Shown piece by piece: positions 61,425 to 64,000 of a DNA stretch of 64,000 nt. The notes beneath the pieces are model-generated. The model had not been told where the DNA came from and searched no databases. It was given only the letters and a program-made list of their open reading frames with translations. Source of the stretch: Nitrospirota bacterium (GTDB taxonomy: Bacteria; Nitrospirota; UBA9217); contig DATIZR010000120.1 of assembly GCA_035516965.1 (NCBI GenBank), positions 967-64,966 of the forward strand, given 5' to 3'. Made by a program: the position numbers and the translations under genes. How positions within the stretch are numbered: the first letter of the stretch is position 1; each line of letters begins with the position of its first letter.

Positions 61425-62094
61425 GTCCTTTTACCTCGAAGCTGGAACTGTCCAGGGGAACGTTCAGGAGGGTGTTGAGGAAGATGATGGTCGTGACATC
61501 CCCGCTCACCTCCTTGATCCGTATCTGCTTGAGGTACTTCCCATCGTCCCGGAACGTGATCGTGATGCTTTTGATGACCTTCCTGGCCACGTTCTTCTCC
61601 TGCGGGACGAACTCGAGCACGAGGGGATCGTTCTGCACCTGCCGGATATCATTTACCGCGAGAAGCGACGAGTAGTCGCCGGAGAACCAGACCGTGATCT
61701 GGTTCAGCACATTCTGAAAGATTGGATTCTTCGCAAGAGATATTTCCTGCACCCTGTTCGTGTCCTCGTCCCACTGCCGTATGACCCTGTCCGTGATCAG
61801 GACCGAATAGCGTACCGGGGAATCGACATGCCAGGCGACCTTGTTCGGTTTTTGCAGATAGATCCGGCCTTTCATGACGAGCTTCTCCTTGAACATGGCC
61901 ATCTCTTTTTCCTGCAAAAAATCCGTCTTCAGCGTGGAGAAGTCGGAAACCCTCTTCCCCAGCTCGGCCAGGAACACCGCCATGTCGGGTTGCCCCCCGG
62001 CAGGTTTCTCGGATGCAATCAGCGTCACGGGAAGGTTGACGAACACCAGGAGGAGGATCGGCGCACAAAACTTCATCAGTTTTCGCAGGAGCAT
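61417..62094 (-). CDS. LolA-like periplasmic lipid/lipoprotein carrier protein
   Basis: Signal peptide 'FCAPILLLVFVNLPVTLIAS'. 'FLQEKEMAMFKEKLVMKGRIYLQKPNKVAWHV...IRQWDEDTN' is LolA-like. Confidence 0.62.
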   Translation of the reverse strand: MLLRKLMKFCAPILLLVFVNLPVTLIASEKPAGGQPDMAVFLAELGKRVSDFSTLKTDFLQEKEMAMFKEKLVMKGRIYLQKPNKVAWHVDSPVRYSVLITDRVIRQWDEDTNRVQEISLAKNPIFQNVLNQITVWFSGDYSSLLAVNDIRQVQNDPLVLEFVPQEKNVARKVIKSITITFRDDGKYLKQIRIKEVSGDVTTIIFLNTLLNVPLDSSSFEVKGHG

Positions 62095-63584
62095 TACTTG
62101 TTCACCGTTTCCACGCCGCTCTGATAGACCTTGACCTCGCCGCGGGCGACCAGTTCAGCGCCGTGGTGTATCTCGCCGTGCACGATCCCGAAATCGCCGT
62201 ACTTCGCGGTCTTCACGACGGAGATGCGGAGTGTGTCGCCGGCCCTCGCGGACCCAAGGACCTCGAGCTTCTTGATGCCGAGCAGGAAACCTTCCGGCTG
62301 CGAGTCCCGGCTGCCGAGCTTGCGGAACCCCTCCTGCGCGGCGATCGCCTGGGAAATGATTTCCGGATAGGAGGCCTCGTCCAGGGTCCCGCTGCCGTTC
62401 ATGAAGATAGAGTCAGCCTTCACGGTCATTTCCGAGACAGAGGCGCGCTCTTTCATCTCGATCAGCCGGTCGATCTGAAGCATCGGGGGCTTATGCGGCA
62501 CGAGGAGGGCCGCGTCAACGGGGAGGTAGAGGATCTCCTCTTTTTTGTCCAGGTTCTTCCAGCAGAGCGGATCAGAGGCAAGATAATCACCGGTCAATTG
62601 ATAGGCCGCACCGCGGCAGCCGTAACACTCGTTCAGGTGTTCGCAGGAACCGCAGGGACCCTTGATCATGTGCCGGTAACGCTTCAGGTCCTGGACGACC
62701 TCGCTATCCCCCAGGATGTCCTTGAGCTTTTTTTCCCGCACATTGCCGATCGGGATCGTGACACCCACGCAGGGCTGTACGTTGCCTTCGGAGCTGACGG
62801 CGCAGGAGAACTGGTGCCTGAGGCAGACCCCGCCCACGAGCGGCGGCCTGGGGTCCCAGTGATTCCCGTACTTCCTGCGGTCGAGCTCGGCGATCTTGTG
62901 AAAAAACTCTTCCGCCTGGCTGGTGGTGATGTCGAGGGCGGCATTGTCCTTTGCCCCGCCCTGGGGCGTGATCATCTCGAAATAGGGCGCGATGTTCTGG
63001 TCCCGCAGCCATTCCCACAGCCGGGGAAGCTCTTCGATGTTCTGCTGACAGATGATGGTGCTGACGCCCATGAACCGGTCTTCCGACGGATAGCCGGCCT
63101 TCTTCAGATTGTTGAAGGCGTCACGGATCTGCGTGTAGGCTCCCTTTTTCCCGGACAGCGTGTCCTGCAGTTTTTCATCGAAGGTGTTCATCTTGAGCAC
63201 GACCCTCACCTTCAGGTCATAGAGCGTGGCGGCCATGTCCGGCGTGATGCCCGTCCCGTTCGTGAACAGCTCGATCTCCAGGGAAAGGCCCCGGATGAAC
63301 CGGATCATCTCCAAAATGGGGGGATAGAGCATGGGCTCGCCGCCGAGCACGATGATCTTGCGCGCTCCCAGGTCCTTTGCCTGGGTGATGACCTCCTGGA
63401 ACTGTTCCTTCGTGAGCTCGTTCCGCTTCCGGCCGTTCTCGAAGGCATAGCAGTAGACGCAGCGGAAATTGCAGACGCTGTTGAACTCGATTTCCATCGA
63501 CAGCAGCCTGCCGTTTTGGACCGCTTCTGCGATTTCTGCGGCGGAGAATTCCGCCGCGTAGATGCGTGTCTGACAAGTATTCAT
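62094..63584 (-). CDS. fusion protein: radical SAM/SPASM domain (N) + hotdog dehydratase-like domain (C)
   Basis: 496 aa. 'CNFRCVYC' (63450..63473). SPASM-like 'CLRHQFSC...VQPCVG...GPCGSCEHLNECYGCRG'. C-terminal ~140 aa 'LLVPHKPPMLQIDRL...' resembles the hotdog dehydratases of aryl-polyene clusters. Confidence 0.75.
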   Translation of the reverse strand: MNTCQTRIYAAEFSAAEIAEAVQNGRLLSMEIEFNSVCNFRCVYCYAFENGRKRNELTKEQFQEVITQAKDLGARKIIVLGGEPMLYPPILEMIRFIRGLSLEIELFTNGTGITPDMAATLYDLKVRVVLKMNTFDEKLQDTLSGKKGAYTQIRDAFNNLKKAGYPSEDRFMGVSTIICQQNIEELPRLWEWLRDQNIAPYFEMITPQGGAKDNAALDITTSQAEEFFHKIAELDRRKYGNHWDPRPPLVGGVCLRHQFSCAVSSEGNVQPCVGVTIPIGNVREKKLKDILGDSEVVQDLKRYRHMIKGPCGSCEHLNECYGCRGAAYQLTGDYLASDPLCWKNLDKKEEILYLPVDAALLVPHKPPMLQIDRLIEMKERASVSEMTVKADSIFMNGSGTLDEASYPEIISQAIAAQEGFRKLGSRDSQPEGFLLGIKKLEVLGSARAGDTLRISVVKTAKYGDFGIVHGEIHHGAELVARGEVKVYQSGVETVNK

Positions 63585-64000
63585 GGGCTCTTTCTCTTAT
63601 CGACGAACCTGGTTAATTTCCGGGCATTCCCGGTGTAGACCTGTTTTCGCACTTCATCCTCGCTCGTGACGATCACTTCCGGCCTGACCCGCAGATGGAC
63701 CTGGAGCCTGTCCATGATCATCGCGGCAGTGCAGTCCTTGTCCTTCACCGCCACCGTGACCGTGATCCTGTCGGAAAGGTCGTAGTCGCTCGTCGCCGTA
63801 ACGTAGTATTCGCTGACTCCCGGGAAAGAATCGAGGACAGCATAGAGCGAGTTCGGGTAGAGCGTCGTCCCCCGGAACTTGATCATCTGCTTCTTTCTGC
63901 CAAGGATGGGACCGAGCCGGGGCGAGAACCTTCCGCAGGAGCATGGCTCGCCGGTCAGGAAACTGACATCGCCCGTCCGGAACCTGAACAGCGGCATTCC
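63581..64000 (-). CDS. phenylacetate-CoA ligase (PaaK)/F390-synthetase-family adenylating enzyme, C-terminal part only (gene runs off the window)
   Basis: 'FRFRTGDVSFLTGEPCSCGR...LGRKKQMIKFRGTTLYPNSL' is typical of the PaaK-family C-terminal region. ATGA overlap with the next gene (63581..63584). Confidence 0.7.
   Translation of the reverse strand, partial: GMPLFRFRTGDVSFLTGEPCSCGRFSPRLGPILGRKKQMIKFRGTTLYPNSLYAVLDSFPGVSEYYVTATSDYDLSDRITVTVAVKDKDCTAAMIMDRLQVHLRVRPEVIVTSEDEVRKQVYTGNARKLTRFVDKRKSP

Noticed and set aside
41877-63638. Several 400-490-aa plus-strand ORFs inside the lipid cluster: 41877-43259, 53024-54463, 54427-55707 and 62163-63638.
   Set aside because: Each mirrors a minus-strand gene that has diagnostic motifs (CX3CX2C, HxxxD, and so on). 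Their translations are R/D/H/P/G-rich, and none has a convincing start context. I treated them as GC-driven shadow ORFs.

Overview
GC-rich bacterial chromosomal segment, almost fully coding, with nearly all genes on the minus strand. By eye I found no rRNA, tRNA, CRISPR array, IS element or prophage. All protein calls rest on motif reading of the ORF translations; no search was run.

Left ~36 kb (housekeeping):
- an OmpA-family lipoprotein and a pheS/pheT pair with archaeal/eukaryal-type subunit sizes
- a SPOR protein, queA, a TPR/HExxH protein, yjbQ and a Na/Pi cotransporter
- a DHH-CBS-PolyA-polymerase fusion and xerD
- a sigma54 two-component pair whose kinase carries a CXXCH motif in its sensor loop
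- a long pyrimidine supraoperon (pyrR-pyrB-pyrC-carA-carB-greA-pyrK-pyrD) with three passenger genes (a metallophosphoesterase, a PflX-like radical SAM gene, greA), preceded by a readable PyrR-box/terminator attenuator
- a trehalose locus (treY, treZ, a TreT-like GT4 and a small conserved partner)

Right ~28 kb (36169 to the window edge, where the last gene is truncated): one co-directional, translationally coupled cluster of 25 genes.
- It resembles an aryl-polyene-type FAS-II/anchoring/export chassis: 2 ACPs, 2 complete ketosynthases, 2 Cys-less KS-like partners, a FabZ-like dehydratase, a thioesterase, 2 adenylating enzymes, LPLAT, GT2-DUF2062, GT1, a LolA-like protein, MMPL and a lipoprotein.
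- On top of that it carries seven radical-SAM enzymes: four B12-binding type, two SPASM-type fusions (one to an alpha/beta hydrolase, one to a hotdog dehydratase) and one HemN-like. It also has an FAD oxidoreductase and an HxxxD condensation-like protein.

This cluster is the best candidate for an undescribed system. I read it as a pathway for a heavily C-modified acyl or polyene lipid that is anchored and exported to the envelope.
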